Below, one piece after another: positions 35,265-45,750 of a stretch of DNA of 64,000 nt. The position numbers were made by a program, and so were the translations under genes. The notes under the pieces were generated by a model that did no database searches, had not been told where the DNA came from, and worked only from the letters and a program-made list of their open reading frames with translations. Position 1 is the first letter of the stretch, and each line of letters begins with the position of its first letter. Location: positions 62,001-126,000 of IMG/VR virus record IMGVR_UViG_3300042465_005589. One strand, 5' to 3'.

Positions 35265-37160
35265 TTAATTACCTTTAGAGTAAGGAATAAATTTTTTACC
35301 ATCCTTATCCCAATACCAAGTATCAAATCCAGTACTAGAATCAATTTCATTTGTTTGAGCTGAAACTCCATCATATTCTTTTTTAACGGTAAAACCATAT
35401 TCTTTCATTTTAAGATTAAATAATCCTTTTAAACCAGCATCCGTTGTATCATCAATTACTTCTTCAGATTTCTTTTTCGCTTCTTCCGTTGTCTTTTCAA
35501 CCTCAACTTTAACATCGGTTTGCATACAATTAAAAATAATATTAATATTTTCTTCTCTTGATTTAGTTTTATCATAACATTTCAATTTAGATAACTCCTC
35601 ATCTGTTAATTTAGACAACGCCTCAATAAATTCTTTTTTACCTTTATTTAAAATACCTTCACCCGCTTTAACATCAAATTTAGAATTCATCCAATCATAA
35701 ATGTCTAAACCTAGTAAATGAGCCGGATTTAAATCTATTCTAGTTATTGGGAAGTCATCTGGAAAAGGTAAATGAACATCAAAATAAGTGTCAGTTTTTT
35801 TCCAATTATTATATCTTTCAACAAAATTTTTCCAATATAACTCAAAAATATTTTTAGTATCAGTGTCATTTCCATAACCAAAAATATTAAACCATTGAAA
35901 TAATGTTTGAAAAGTAAGGATGGTTGCGGGTAACCCTACGTGTGTAGCAACCCATAAATCTCGAACCAAGTCTTTTAATCCTGGTACTCCTCGTTTAAAA
36001 TATGACGCCCATTCATCAATACTTTTTGGTGCTCCCACAGTTAATAAACTAACCGTTCTTTCTAATAAAACTGGAATTTTATTTTTCATAAATTTAGGCA
36101 TTACTGAACTAGCCAAATCTTTTAACGCGTTTGCCGATGAAGTATTATCCAAAAAATAAGTAAGAGAACCCCATCTTCCTGATTCAAAAGGATTATGACT
36201 TTTAACTTGAGTTAAAACTTCACTAACTTCAGTACTATTATTAGGGTATCTCTTTTTTAAATATTTTTCCATTGTAGAATAAAAAGCCTCTTGTCCTGTT
36301 TTATATTTTTGAATTAGAACATCCATGTTAGTTCTAATATTACGAAACAAATTATCATCAATAGCCTCACCTCGTTTAAGTTGGTCAATTGATTGTGATA
36401 AAGCTTCATCAAATTTATTAAATAAATCTTGAGCAAATTTTTCATCACCTATTTTCCATAATCTAGCTTTATTCACATAATTATCTAATGCCGCACGAGT
36501 AAAGTCAATAAGAGTTTTATCACTAGATAATATATTTTCCCACCATTTAAGTGTTTTTGGAGATAAATCTTTTAATGATTCTCTATACAGAACTGAACTT
36601 ATTCCAATGCCTTCTTCACCTAAATCAGACACGACTTCGGTAACAAATTTATCTTGTTTAAGGTCTCTAATTTTTTGAGCAATTTTTTGAATTAAAACTT
36701 CATTTAAAAATACATCTTCTTCTCCATTAAGGTCTGTTAACACATCTCCGATTTTTTTATTACCTTTTGCTTGATTTGAGATAAATTCTATTAAACCTTT
36801 TTCACTTTTATTTGTTGATAACATAGCTTCACTCATTAATAGTTCGTAAATATCGTCAACAATACCTTGATTTTGACTAACTATTTGACCAAATATTTCT
36901 TTTTCTGCTTTACTTAAAGTATCATATAATGATGTGTTATCTAATACATCCATAATTTTTCTTAACACTCCTTTGTTAACTCTAATTGAATCAACCATTA
37001 CCTCATCAACGACATTATCAATTACCTTTTGACTTTTATTAAAAAAACTTTTTATTAAATCACTACCTATTTCAACATACTTATTTTCTTTTAATATTTT
37101 TGCATCAACACCCATAAGTTGTTGTTGACGATAAATCTCATATATAATTTTTTTATTCAT
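35265..37160 (-). CDS. Large helical protein with hydrophobic segment
   Basis: 631-aa ORF; QQLMG..ILKE leader. Confidence 0.8.
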   Translation of the reverse strand: MNKKIIYEIYRQQQLMGVDAKILKENKYVEIGSDLIKSFFNKSQKVIDNVVDEVMVDSIRVNKGVLRKIMDVLDNTSLYDTLSKAEKEIFGQIVSQNQGIVDDIYELLMSEAMLSTNKSEKGLIEFISNQAKGNKKIGDVLTDLNGEEDVFLNEVLIQKIAQKIRDLKQDKFVTEVVSDLGEEGIGISSVLYRESLKDLSPKTLKWWENILSSDKTLIDFTRAALDNYVNKARLWKIGDEKFAQDLFNKFDEALSQSIDQLKRGEAIDDNLFRNIRTNMDVLIQKYKTGQEAFYSTMEKYLKKRYPNNSTEVSEVLTQVKSHNPFESGRWGSLTYFLDNTSSANALKDLASSVMPKFMKNKIPVLLERTVSLLTVGAPKSIDEWASYFKRGVPGLKDLVRDLWVATHVGLPATILTFQTLFQWFNIFGYGNDTDTKNIFELYWKNFVERYNNWKKTDTYFDVHLPFPDDFPITRIDLNPAHLLGLDIYDWMNSKFDVKAGEGILNKGKKEFIEALSKLTDEELSKLKCYDKTKSREENINIIFNCMQTDVKVEVEKTTEEAKKKSEEVIDDTTDAGLKGLFNLKMKEYGFTVKKEYDGVSAQTNEIDSSTGFDTWYWDKDGKKFIPYSKGN

Positions 37161-37185
37161 AACTTATTATTTTAATATAAATACA

Positions 37186-38862
37186 TTATCTTTTAATCTT
37201 AAACCAATTAACCCCATTTACTTGAGTATAATCATAAACCGTATTTTCATTTTTTAATTCTGATTCAGGAATAAATCCTTCTTTTCTTAATTTTTTTTCA
37301 TCCTCAAGACTACCTTTTTTATTATCCACCGCTTTATTCTCATCCTCCGGTAATTCGGTATAAACACCTCCCGCTTCTTGAATACTATCTTTCATTACTG
37401 TGTTATAATATTTTCCCCAAGATTTTCCTTTTTTATTTAATTTTGTAAATGTTTCAATTTTTTTAACTGATTCGGTCTGTGGTAATTTTTTTAATACTTC
37501 CGCGTCATTAGACAATAAATTAAACGCCATTTCTTTTTGAAGTTCTTCAGGAATATTTATATAAACACCTTTTAATTTTTCTAAATCTTCTGAATTAAGA
37601 ACATCTCCCCACGCAGCATTTACCAAAATACCCAATAAAATAAAAAACGCATTTGTACTTAATTCTCTAGCCCAAAGTTTATTAAAAAAAGAAATACTTT
37701 TTAATAATTCAGGTTTAGATTTAACCATATTCTTAAGTTCTTTTATTATAATTTTAGGTAAATCATCCGAAACCGCAGTTTTCAATTCTTTTAATAATAA
37801 ATTTTTTGTTACTTCATCTTGAGTTAATAATTTTGACATAACTAATTGTTCAGATTCAGATAAACCATTATAAAATTTAACATAATCTTCAACATTACTT
37901 GATTTAGTCAATCCTGCTTTTGATAATTTTTCAGATAATTCAGTGAAAACCCCTTCAGGTATTCCTCTAAACATTTTTGAAAGTTTTAACATTGGTAAAG
38001 CCCCTGTAATAAATGATAATGCCGCTGAAACATTTTCACCTTTTTCAAGCTCTCTAAAACCAACCGCCGCACCTAAACCAGCTTCAAGTGCTATTTCCGC
38101 ATATAAAACCCATGCGGCACCACCCGTTAACATACCGGCAATTGCCGTTCCTAATGCAGCAGCTATTTGAATTGCAAAACCATAGTCGTCAACAAACCTT
38201 TGATAATCACTACGTTTATCAACCCATTCAGGTGGAGTATAAGGTTCTTTTGTTTTTAAATTTCTATAATAACCAAATCTCCAAAGATTAGTTCCTTCTG
38301 TTTTAATTACATAACCAATATAAACTTCATCACCAATGGAGAATTGCCTTACAGAACCTATCGGAAATACTTTACTAAGATTACTAATTAATAGTTTTTT
38401 ATCTTCTTTAGGGTGTTTTTTAACAAATTTATTAACAGTGTCACTAATTCCTTCTATATCCCAAAAATAAATTTTACTATCTTCCGGTATTGGGACACTA
38501 TTAATGTCACCCATTTTTTGATTTGAAGGTGAAGGGTAATAACAAAACCTTTTTCCGGTTTCTTTGTCGACAAGAATAGCGTCTTCACCTTCAACCCCTT
38601 CAGGATTTTTAGGGATTCCTAATGCTTTATCGGGATATTTACACCAATTAGGGTATTTTTTAGATTTTTCTTCAGCACTTCGTTGTAAAATTTGTTGTTC
38701 CCCTCTTGCTAATATTTCTTTTGTTTGAGGATTTTCAAATCTACTATCAGGTTGTTCAAATATATATTGAGTATTTTCATTTAAAGTTTTGGACATATCA
38801 TACCCCATCAATAGTTTAACTCTATTAACAAGTAATTCACCCTCATTTAATTTATTGTCCAT
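37186..38862 (-). CDS. Large protein with Gly/Ala-rich TM segments
   Basis: 558-aa ORF; LLMGY..TLNE..IFEQ leader. Confidence 0.8.
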   Translation of the reverse strand: MDNKLNEGELLVNRVKLLMGYDMSKTLNENTQYIFEQPDSRFENPQTKEILARGEQQILQRSAEEKSKKYPNWCKYPDKALGIPKNPEGVEGEDAILVDKETGKRFCYYPSPSNQKMGDINSVPIPEDSKIYFWDIEGISDTVNKFVKKHPKEDKKLLISNLSKVFPIGSVRQFSIGDEVYIGYVIKTEGTNLWRFGYYRNLKTKEPYTPPEWVDKRSDYQRFVDDYGFAIQIAAALGTAIAGMLTGGAAWVLYAEIALEAGLGAAVGFRELEKGENVSAALSFITGALPMLKLSKMFRGIPEGVFTELSEKLSKAGLTKSSNVEDYVKFYNGLSESEQLVMSKLLTQDEVTKNLLLKELKTAVSDDLPKIIIKELKNMVKSKPELLKSISFFNKLWARELSTNAFFILLGILVNAAWGDVLNSEDLEKLKGVYINIPEELQKEMAFNLLSNDAEVLKKLPQTESVKKIETFTKLNKKGKSWGKYYNTVMKDSIQEAGGVYTELPEDENKAVDNKKGSLEDEKKLRKEGFIPESELKNENTVYDYTQVNGVNWFKIKR

Positions 38863-38931
38863 AAAATGTTTTTTTATAAATAGTTTGGTTTATAAAAAAA
38901 TAAAAATTATCTTTGACCAAAATATAAGGAT

Positions 38932-39219
38932 ATGAGATATAAAATAAATGAATTAGTTTGTGTTAGAGGTACAAACACACCTAAAAAAATTACAGAATTT
39001 GAAAATATTTGTGGTACAGGGATTTATTATATGTCAGATAATACTTCATATTCTGAAGAACAAATTCTAATCGGTTATACGGATTATATTGATTTAAGTA
39101 ATAAATGTGAATCTATTATAGAGGAAAAAAAAGATGTTATAGTAAATTTGATTGACTATAAAAAATACGCCAAGAATTGGGCGAAGGTTATTTCAGAAAC
39201 AGAAAATAGGGATAAATAA
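38932..39219 (+). CDS. Hypothetical protein
   Basis: 95-aa ORF after TATCTTTG. Confidence 0.7.
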   Translation: MRYKINELVCVRGTNTPKKITEFENICGTGIYYMSDNTSYSEEQILIGYTDYIDLSNKCESIIEEKKDVIVNLIDYKKYAKNWAKVISETENRDK

Positions 39220-39220
39220 T

Positions 39221-39472
39221 TTAAGGAACAGGATTCGCATGACCTCTTGTAAGTCCTGTCCCCCACTTTTCACCGGCAACACCTAACATATTTGCAGGAC
39301 CTCTAGTTAATCCGGTCTCCCATTTTCTACCAGTATTTGTTGCAGTTCCACCACCACCGGCAGCTGCGGGTGCGGCATCAGGGGTTTCTTCTTGTTCACC
39401 AAGTTCTTCGTTTGAATTACTTGTTGTGTATCGTTTCATTAAACTAATTATGTGGTCAATATCTGTTCTCAT
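39221..39472 (-). CDS. Small protein with duplicated KW.TGLTRG.AN motif (start reassigned to MRTD)
   Basis: Motif seen twice; TATTTAT upstream. Confidence 0.7.
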   Translation of the reverse strand: MRTDIDHIISLMKRYTTSNSNEELGEQEETPDAAPAAAGGGGTATNTGRKWETGLTRGPANMLGVAGEKWGTGLTRGHANPVP

Positions 39473-39534
39473 ATGTTGATAAATATTTTTTGTTTTGAAA
39501 AAAATTGTATCTTTGTAAAATAAAACCATAATAT

Positions 39535-40047
39535 ATGAAAAAAATAATTTTAAATTTAGTATTATTACTAACATTAGTATCCTGTGAAGTCTATGACCAA
39601 CCAAAAACTTTAAGTTTAAGTGGTGAATACATTGTAGATAGAATCACCCGTACATCAACGGAAAATACATCAGGAACTCAACAATTAGTTGTTTATCAAC
39701 CAGGAGACACTTTTATTAGCAATGCTGAATCATTTCCAATGGATATTATAGTTATTGGAGCAACACGATGGCACTTTGATTATAGTGTCATATCATTTAG
39801 TCCTGTTGGGTTAAACAATGGTCAAGTATTGTGGCAATATCAATATTTTTATCAAGTTTATAATAATTGGTATAACACCGATTTAGGACATATTGAATTT
39901 GAGTTGAATAACGGGTCGAAAAGAATGTTTAAGATTATTGATGACGGGATGGAGAGTTTAACTCTTAGAACTACCGGACAATGGGCTGACGGACCATATG
40001 GACCTAACTCTAATATAACATTACATTTAACCCGAGTCGGTCCTTAA
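39535..40047 (+). CDS. Lipoprotein
   Basis: MKKIILNLVLLLTLVSC lipobox. Confidence 0.82.
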   Translation: MKKIILNLVLLLTLVSCEVYDQPKTLSLSGEYIVDRITRTSTENTSGTQQLVVYQPGDTFISNAESFPMDIIVIGATRWHFDYSVISFSPVGLNNGQVLWQYQYFYQVYNNWYNTDLGHIEFELNNGSKRMFKIIDDGMESLTLRTTGQWADGPYGPNSNITLHLTRVGP

Positions 40048-40048
40048 T

Positions 40049-40075
40049 AAAAAACCCACCTATTGGTGGGTTTTT
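40049..40075. terminator. Bidirectional terminator
   Basis: AAAAAACCCACC..GGTGGGTTTTT. Confidence 0.75.
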
Positions 40076-40078
40076 GTT

Positions 40079-40390
40079 TTAAAATAATTGAGTGTCTGGT
40101 AATTTTTTTGGATAGATTAAATAATATTCATTTAAAAAAGATATAATCTCATCTTCATCTAAAAAATCTTCATCAAAATCATCGTATACCTCATCAAACT
40201 CATCATCGTCTTCATCAAAAAAACTTTCATCAATTTTATTTGAGATATTATATCCAAATGTTTCTATCTCATCAAGTATTATTTGGTCTGTTCTTATTTC
40301 ATCTTCATTATCACTTAAGATTCTGAATGTCACATCTAAAGTATGAGATGTTTCATTTATGTAATAAGACACTAATTCTTTAATTTCCAT
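40079..40390 (-). CDS. Acidic hypothetical protein
   Basis: 103-aa D/E-rich ORF. Confidence 0.75.
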   Translation of the reverse strand: MEIKELVSYYINETSHTLDVTFRILSDNEDEIRTDQIILDEIETFGYNISNKIDESFFDEDDDEFDEVYDDFDEDFLDEDEIISFLNEYYLIYPKKLPDTQLF

Positions 40391-40452
40391 TATTGTTTAA
40401 TTTAACATTGTTTATTACAAAGAAATATCACAACTTTTTTGAAAGTTCTAAA

Positions 40453-41013
40453 TTAGTTATATTTTTTAAATCTTTTGAACATATCTAAAGATTCATTAAT
40501 TTTATCTAAAATGTTCTCTTTTTCCTCTTCCTCAATTTCATTTTCTTCATCGCCTAAATCCATTAAATCATCAAGATTCATTTCAAAATCATCATCTTCA
40601 TACATTTCAAATTCATCGTCAAAATCAACAGTACCATTAGTTAAGTCATCTTCACCATCACCAATCATATCAAGTTGTTCTTCAACTTCTTCAAAACTTT
40701 CGTCCGGAACAAATTGTGAACCTGGTGAAATATATTCAACAACTTCATTATAATCTTCTTCTTCATCGGAAAATAAACCAGTACTTTTATTATCATGTTT
40801 CATCTCATTGATGTTCATGTTTCTATAAGTTGTTACCTCACCTTTATTATTAACTGTAAGACCTTCTTTATCGTTAGCGAAGTCTTGTACATATAATGGT
40901 TGTTCGTTTGATGGTTGGATATAACTTGTTAAGTATCCATCATAAACTTCCTTATGTTGGTCAAGGATGTTATTTTTTTCCTCGTTTGTCATTTTAAAAA
41001 AATATGCGTTCAT
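40453..41013 (-). CDS. Acidic hypothetical protein (scaffold-like composition)
   Basis: 186-aa D/E-rich ORF. Confidence 0.75.
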   Translation of the reverse strand: MNAYFFKMTNEEKNNILDQHKEVYDGYLTSYIQPSNEQPLYVQDFANDKEGLTVNNKGEVTTYRNMNINEMKHDNKSTGLFSDEEEDYNEVVEYISPGSQFVPDESFEEVEEQLDMIGDGEDDLTNGTVDFDDEFEMYEDDDFEMNLDDLMDLGDEENEIEEEEKENILDKINESLDMFKRFKKYN

Positions 41014-41027
41014 ATATTTGTTTTGTG

Positions 41028-41516
41028 TTACGCAATACCTGTTGTGGTATCTGTTGGTTGATTATTCATTGCGAAGTCCGCTTTTGGAACAAATTTCCCA
41101 CCACGACTAACTGTACAATATTGTTTTTCTAATGCTTTTAAAAATTTTAAATTAAATAATGTGAGAGGTTTAAGTTCTCTTTCTTTAAAGTTTTGAGGAT
41201 TTTTACCTTTTAAAATTACAATTGGTTCCGATGTACCACATTGAAATTCTAAAACTCTAGAAGCTCCTCCAGTTCTACCTTCATTATCTATTACGATTTT
41301 TATTGTGTTACCTTCTTTAACCGGTTTAAGAATTTTAAAAGTCCCTAATAATTGTGTTTCACCTTTATCTTTATAAAGATTTACTGTTTTACCATCAATT
41401 GGTGTTGGTGTAGGTCTTAATACACCCTGTTCAGAAATAATATTCTTTTTAACGGAGTGCATTTCTAAAATCCTATTTTTTTCATCTTGAGAAATATCAT
41501 TAAATAAATTTTTCAT
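41028..41516 (-). CDS. Leader-bearing hypothetical protein
   Basis: ISQDEKNRILEMH..IISEQ. Confidence 0.75.
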   Translation of the reverse strand: MKNLFNDISQDEKNRILEMHSVKKNIISEQGVLRPTPTPIDGKTVNLYKDKGETQLLGTFKILKPVKEGNTIKIVIDNEGRTGGASRVLEFQCGTSEPIVILKGKNPQNFKERELKPLTLFNLKFLKALEKQYCTVSRGGKFVPKADFAMNNQPTDTTTGIA

Positions 41517-41550
41517 AATAATTTGTTTTGTATATAAATATGTTTATGTA

Positions 41551-42132
41551 TTATAAAAGGGTATATGTTTGAACAATCTTGGTTGCAAACCTTTGTAGGT
41601 ATTTATTAATACTTGACATATCCTCTTCAATCCCCTTATCATTTAAATAGTTTATAACCCCGTTAATCATTTCTGCTTGTGATTGGTTAGCGTGGTCTAA
41701 CACTTCTTCAAAGGCTTCTTCATTATGTATGTCTTTGTATTTGAATTCGTGTTGGATTCTTTCTCGACCAATATAAAGATATGGGGATGCTCCCATCATA
41801 TTGGTAATACCAGATTCTCTAACCATTAAAAGGTATTTTTTTAAAAATTTAATGTTGAAATATTTGAACAATTCAATATTGTTCATTATAAATTTATCTC
41901 TATCTTCAGTGATTCTTTTTTTGGATTTAAATCTCTCTTCTTTATCCCACATATCCGTATCAGACAATAACGCTAGTTTACTACCATTATCCCATTCAAC
42001 ACCATATTGAATATCACCAAATATTTTATCAACACTATATACTGTACCAAGAGTTCCATCAGGTACAGAATTTTCTTCTGACATGTGTAATAAAATTATT
42101 CTATCACCTTTTTTTAACTCTGGATTAATCAT
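41551..42132 (-). CDS. DUF4314-like plus DUF5049-like fusion protein
   Basis: GDRI..GT.GTV..V.WDNGS.L.L; VRESGITNM. Confidence 0.6.
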   Translation of the reverse strand: MINPELKKGDRIILLHMSEENSVPDGTLGTVYSVDKIFGDIQYGVEWDNGSKLALLSDTDMWDKEERFKSKKRITEDRDKFIMNNIELFKYFNIKFLKKYLLMVRESGITNMMGASPYLYIGRERIQHEFKYKDIHNEEAFEEVLDHANQSQAEMINGVINYLNDKGIEEDMSSINKYLQRFATKIVQTYTLL

Positions 42133-42182
42133 ATTTAATAAATTTATTTAACAATAAATATAATTAAAGTATTTATTGTTGT

Positions 42183-42812
42183 ATGAAAACCACATTAATA
42201 ATAAATGAAAGTCAAAAAAAGATGATTCTTAAAGAATCTACAATTGACAATTTAACTAAATCCATTCAAGAGGGTTATGAATATTCGACCAAAGTCTTAA
42301 ATGAGGTAAAAGAAAATTACGGTCTTAATTTTGATTTCCTAATAACATGGGGAGCAAGTATTGGGGGTTTTATCTCACCAATTGGTGAATTTATTCAAGG
42401 TAAATACCCTGAGATATCAGATATTAATTTAAGTTTAATCTTAACTGGTATTATCGCTGTTCATTATTTAGATAACAAAAAAGATATTGAGAAAATTCTT
42501 ACGAAGATAAAAGAAGAAGGATTGTCCGATGTTTTTAAAGTTGGGTTAGATAAATCGAAAGAATTAAAAGATACTTTATTTAATTTTCTTGAAAGTCTAA
42601 ATGTGACATTTTTTAAGATTTCAAAAATGATATCCTACGCATTTATTGTTCCGGTTCTACTTACCATCTTTACAATGGTTAAAAGTGGTCAAATAAATAC
42701 TTCTGACGCAAAAGAAATTGCGGTAAGGGTTATTGGTAGTGGAGTTGTAAATCTGTCAGGTATTGTTGTTAGAGATTTAGTAACTAAATTAATTAAAAGA
42801 TTCAAAGGTTAA
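42183..42812 (+). CDS. Leader-bearing membrane protein
   Basis: LIINESQ leader; TM segments. Confidence 0.75.
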   Translation: MKTTLIINESQKKMILKESTIDNLTKSIQEGYEYSTKVLNEVKENYGLNFDFLITWGASIGGFISPIGEFIQGKYPEISDINLSLILTGIIAVHYLDNKKDIEKILTKIKEEGLSDVFKVGLDKSKELKDTLFNFLESLNVTFFKISKMISYAFIVPVLLTIFTMVKSGQINTSDAKEIAVRVIGSGVVNLSGIVVRDLVTKLIKRFKG

Positions 42813-43594
42813 TCTCCCGAAATAAAATCACATAATTTACTTGAAAATGTTGATTGATTTATATAATTAAAATCGTCAACCTCAATATCACCAATATTTC
42901 TAAGATATGTGTAAGTATGTGTCCATATCTCACAATCTTCTAAATTCATATATTTGGTAATTTCACCCCAAACAATACCATCTAACGGGACTCTAAGGTT
43001 ATCGTCTTCACTCATATACCCAACAATAGTTTCCGCAAGGTCTTGAGTTATGTTTTCTAAAGGTTCATTATCAACTAACACTTGATTACAATAAACTGAA
43101 ATATCAGTTGTTATTCCATCATCTATATAGACATCAGAAACTTCATAACTAACATTCAAGGTTAATGTTTTTCTTTCACCACCACAAAAAAAGTTAAGTC
43201 CTGTTTGTTTTGAACCTAATCGGTCTATGTCTTTAGTAATTTTTTCATTAAACCATTTAGGGATATACCCACCATATTTACCAATTTTCTCCCCATCATA
43301 ATAAATGTCATTAACTTTAGTAAAAACATTCGACCAATTAAGACCAACCATTTCACATCCATCTTGTACGATGTGTTTTGATTTACAATTAAAAAAATCC
43401 CACAAATAAGGGATATCTGATTGTTTTGGTGTAATTTCTAAATCATATTGGATTTCAGGGTAAGATTCACCACCTCTAGTTGTTTTATCAACTTCAATAT
43501 TAACAAATCTAAATCTAAATGCGTCCACAGTGTGTGTTAATTTAGTTAGATATGATATAAGACCTTTTATTTCACCACTATTGACCATTGACAA
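42809..43594 (-). CDS. Hypothetical protein
   Basis: 261-aa ORF. Confidence 0.75.
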   Translation of the reverse strand: MSMVNSGEIKGLISYLTKLTHTVDAFRFRFVNIEVDKTTRGGESYPEIQYDLEITPKQSDIPYLWDFFNCKSKHIVQDGCEMVGLNWSNVFTKVNDIYYDGEKIGKYGGYIPKWFNEKITKDIDRLGSKQTGLNFFCGGERKTLTLNVSYEVSDVYIDDGITTDISVYCNQVLVDNEPLENITQDLAETIVGYMSEDDNLRVPLDGIVWGEITKYMNLEDCEIWTHTYTYLRNIGDIEVDDFNYINQSTFSSKLCDFISGD

Positions 43595-44549
43595 TGATTT
43601 GAATTACTTTTTCCATTTCATCTTCAGTCAATTTATGGATATCTTTATGTGTTTCATACCAATCTCTAACAACATCATTAAATGGTAATTTTCTTAACTT
43701 GGCAACTCTTCTAAAACCAACTCTTTGAGCTGTTATTTCATGTGGTTGAGTGTAATATTTAAATGGTTCTTCTGGTTCTTTTTTACGTTTACGTTCTCCT
43801 TTAAAATATTGGAAACCATGTTCCAATTCATGAGCCATAATATCGTTTAATTCACCTATTATATTATAAAAATTTCTTTTTAATGTTTTTGGATTAAAAA
43901 TTATTAAAACCTCAATTACATCTTCATCCGGAACAAAAGTTCCTGTCATTTTATACCCCTCTAATTTATTGTTAATTTTGATTGTTAAATCAATTGAAAA
44001 TCCAAAAGGGAGATTTGTGAATGAGTAATTACGACCATCTTCAGGGTTTGGTAACATAAAACTACCGCGTTTTCCATTTTTTAAAACATTCACAATATCT
44101 TTTACTGTTGTTCTAACGGCTAATCTACTCATTCTTGATTCTGTTATGTTTTCAGGTTTTTTCACGTCAAATGTTAAACTATCAATTGTTGTTCTAATAT
44201 TACTATCAAAGATACTTAAAAAATTGGTCATCTCCAAATTTAAATTTGAATAGAATTTGTATAATCTATTTTCAAAACTTCTAGCAATCATTTTACCTTG
44301 TTCATTGTCTTCAGGTGTAAATAATAATCGACTTAAATTATCATTAAGACCTATAATAACAACATTTAATAAGGCGTAATCATATTCCTCACCAACGCTA
44401 GTCATTTTTCTATAACCATCAATTTTGAATTTATAATCAATATCCGAAATCATTGATTCCGGTAAATCATTAATTATTTGACCTTTAAACTTAAATGTCC
44501 GGGTTGATAATAGTTCATTAATTCTATTTAGTTGTTTTTCTGTTAACAT
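43578..44549 (-). CDS. Protein with C-terminal HExxH zincin-like domain
   Basis: AHELEHGFQ..PHEITA. Confidence 0.7.
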   Translation of the reverse strand: MLTEKQLNRINELLSTRTFKFKGQIINDLPESMISDIDYKFKIDGYRKMTSVGEEYDYALLNVVIIGLNDNLSRLLFTPEDNEQGKMIARSFENRLYKFYSNLNLEMTNFLSIFDSNIRTTIDSLTFDVKKPENITESRMSRLAVRTTVKDIVNVLKNGKRGSFMLPNPEDGRNYSFTNLPFGFSIDLTIKINNKLEGYKMTGTFVPDEDVIEVLIIFNPKTLKRNFYNIIGELNDIMAHELEHGFQYFKGERKRKKEPEEPFKYYTQPHEITAQRVGFRRVAKLRKLPFNDVVRDWYETHKDIHKLTEDEMEKVIQIIVNGQ

Positions 44550-44809
44550 ATTTATAAATACTTTAATAATCGATTAATGTTTTTTTTATCTTTATTTTTT
44601 ATATATTTATAAAAAAATACAATATGTCTTGTTACGAAAAATTATTAGAATGGGTTGAGGATGAACAAAATAAATTCTCAGACGATGATTTTGAAATCTC
44701 ACAACTAGTTGCCTACTCAACTTTAGAGTTAGTCAAACGAAAAATAATAGAATTAAAGAATGAAGAATTATAGATATCCCTATATTTATAGTATAAAAAC
44801 ATTTCAGTT

Positions 44810-45322
44810 ATGAAAAAAATACAAATAAACGAGACCGAACTTCGCAAATCAGTTAGAAAACATTTGTTGGAACAATCTGAATCCGGAGCGAAAGATAATA
44901 GAGAAGAAAAACAAAGATGTGTTTCTGGAAACATAATGCCATTAGATGAACTTGTTGGTCCTTCCGACAATTTTAGTGATTATACATCAGGTGTTTTAAA
45001 ACGTGATGGTGGTATTAACGGAATGGTTGACACATTAGATATGTTAAGAACATTACGTTTACATTCAAACATTAAAGATAATGGTGAACATTTGTCATAT
45101 AATTTAATGAATCACCTAAATAAATTTAGAAATAAAAATTTTCACGACGAAACAAACAATGGATGTTTAAAAGCGATGGATAAAGTAATTGAACTTTATA
45201 AAGAAAATGAACACGGTGAAGATTTAGTTAAAGACATTGAAAAAGTGTTAGCTCACAAAGACCCATCTCCAAGAGCAAAAGAATATCTGAAAAGATGTTT
45301 GGTTTTAGTTAAGGAGAAATAA
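44810..45322 (+). CDS. Leader-bearing hypothetical protein
   Basis: IQINETELR..LLEQ. Confidence 0.75.
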   Translation: MKKIQINETELRKSVRKHLLEQSESGAKDNREEKQRCVSGNIMPLDELVGPSDNFSDYTSGVLKRDGGINGMVDTLDMLRTLRLHSNIKDNGEHLSYNLMNHLNKFRNKNFHDETNNGCLKAMDKVIELYKENEHGEDLVKDIEKVLAHKDPSPRAKEYLKRCLVLVKEK

Positions 45323-45443
45323 TACACCCCGTCATTGGGGACATTTAGGACCGTTATCAGTGATGGTAACAAAATAAAGGGGAAGTTCGCTACTATCCCC
45401 TTTTTTAATTTATAAAAGTAAATATTTATTATAAAACATTATT

Positions 45444-45737
45444 ATGAAAAGTAACAAATATTTTTTTGGGTGGGATAACATTAAATGGTTCATTTCTGAA
45501 ATTGGAAAACAATATAGTAATTCGGATTCTTATTTTTCAAAAAAAAGAGTTGAATCGGGCGTGGCTTTTTCTGTTGGACAAATAGGTTTAATTTTCTTTT
45601 TATTTAAGAAATATGAGACATTATCGATGTCCGATGTTGTTATGTGGGCAACATTAGAATTCGCAATCGCTGGTTATATTATTAATCAAATCCAAAAGGA
45701 AAAAAAAGATGAATCAAATGAAAACCCTCCTGTATAA
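45444..45737 (+). CDS. 2-TM membrane protein
   Basis: Hydrophobic segments. Confidence 0.7.
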   Translation: MKSNKYFFGWDNIKWFISEIGKQYSNSDSYFSKKRVESGVAFSVGQIGLIFFLFKKYETLSMSDVVMWATLEFAIAGYIINQIQKEKKDESNENPPV

Positions 45738-45748
45738 GGGGGTTTTTT
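45721..45748. terminator. Bidirectional terminator
   Basis: AAAACCCTCC..GGGGGTTTTTT. Confidence 0.65.
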
Positions 45749-45750
45749 AT

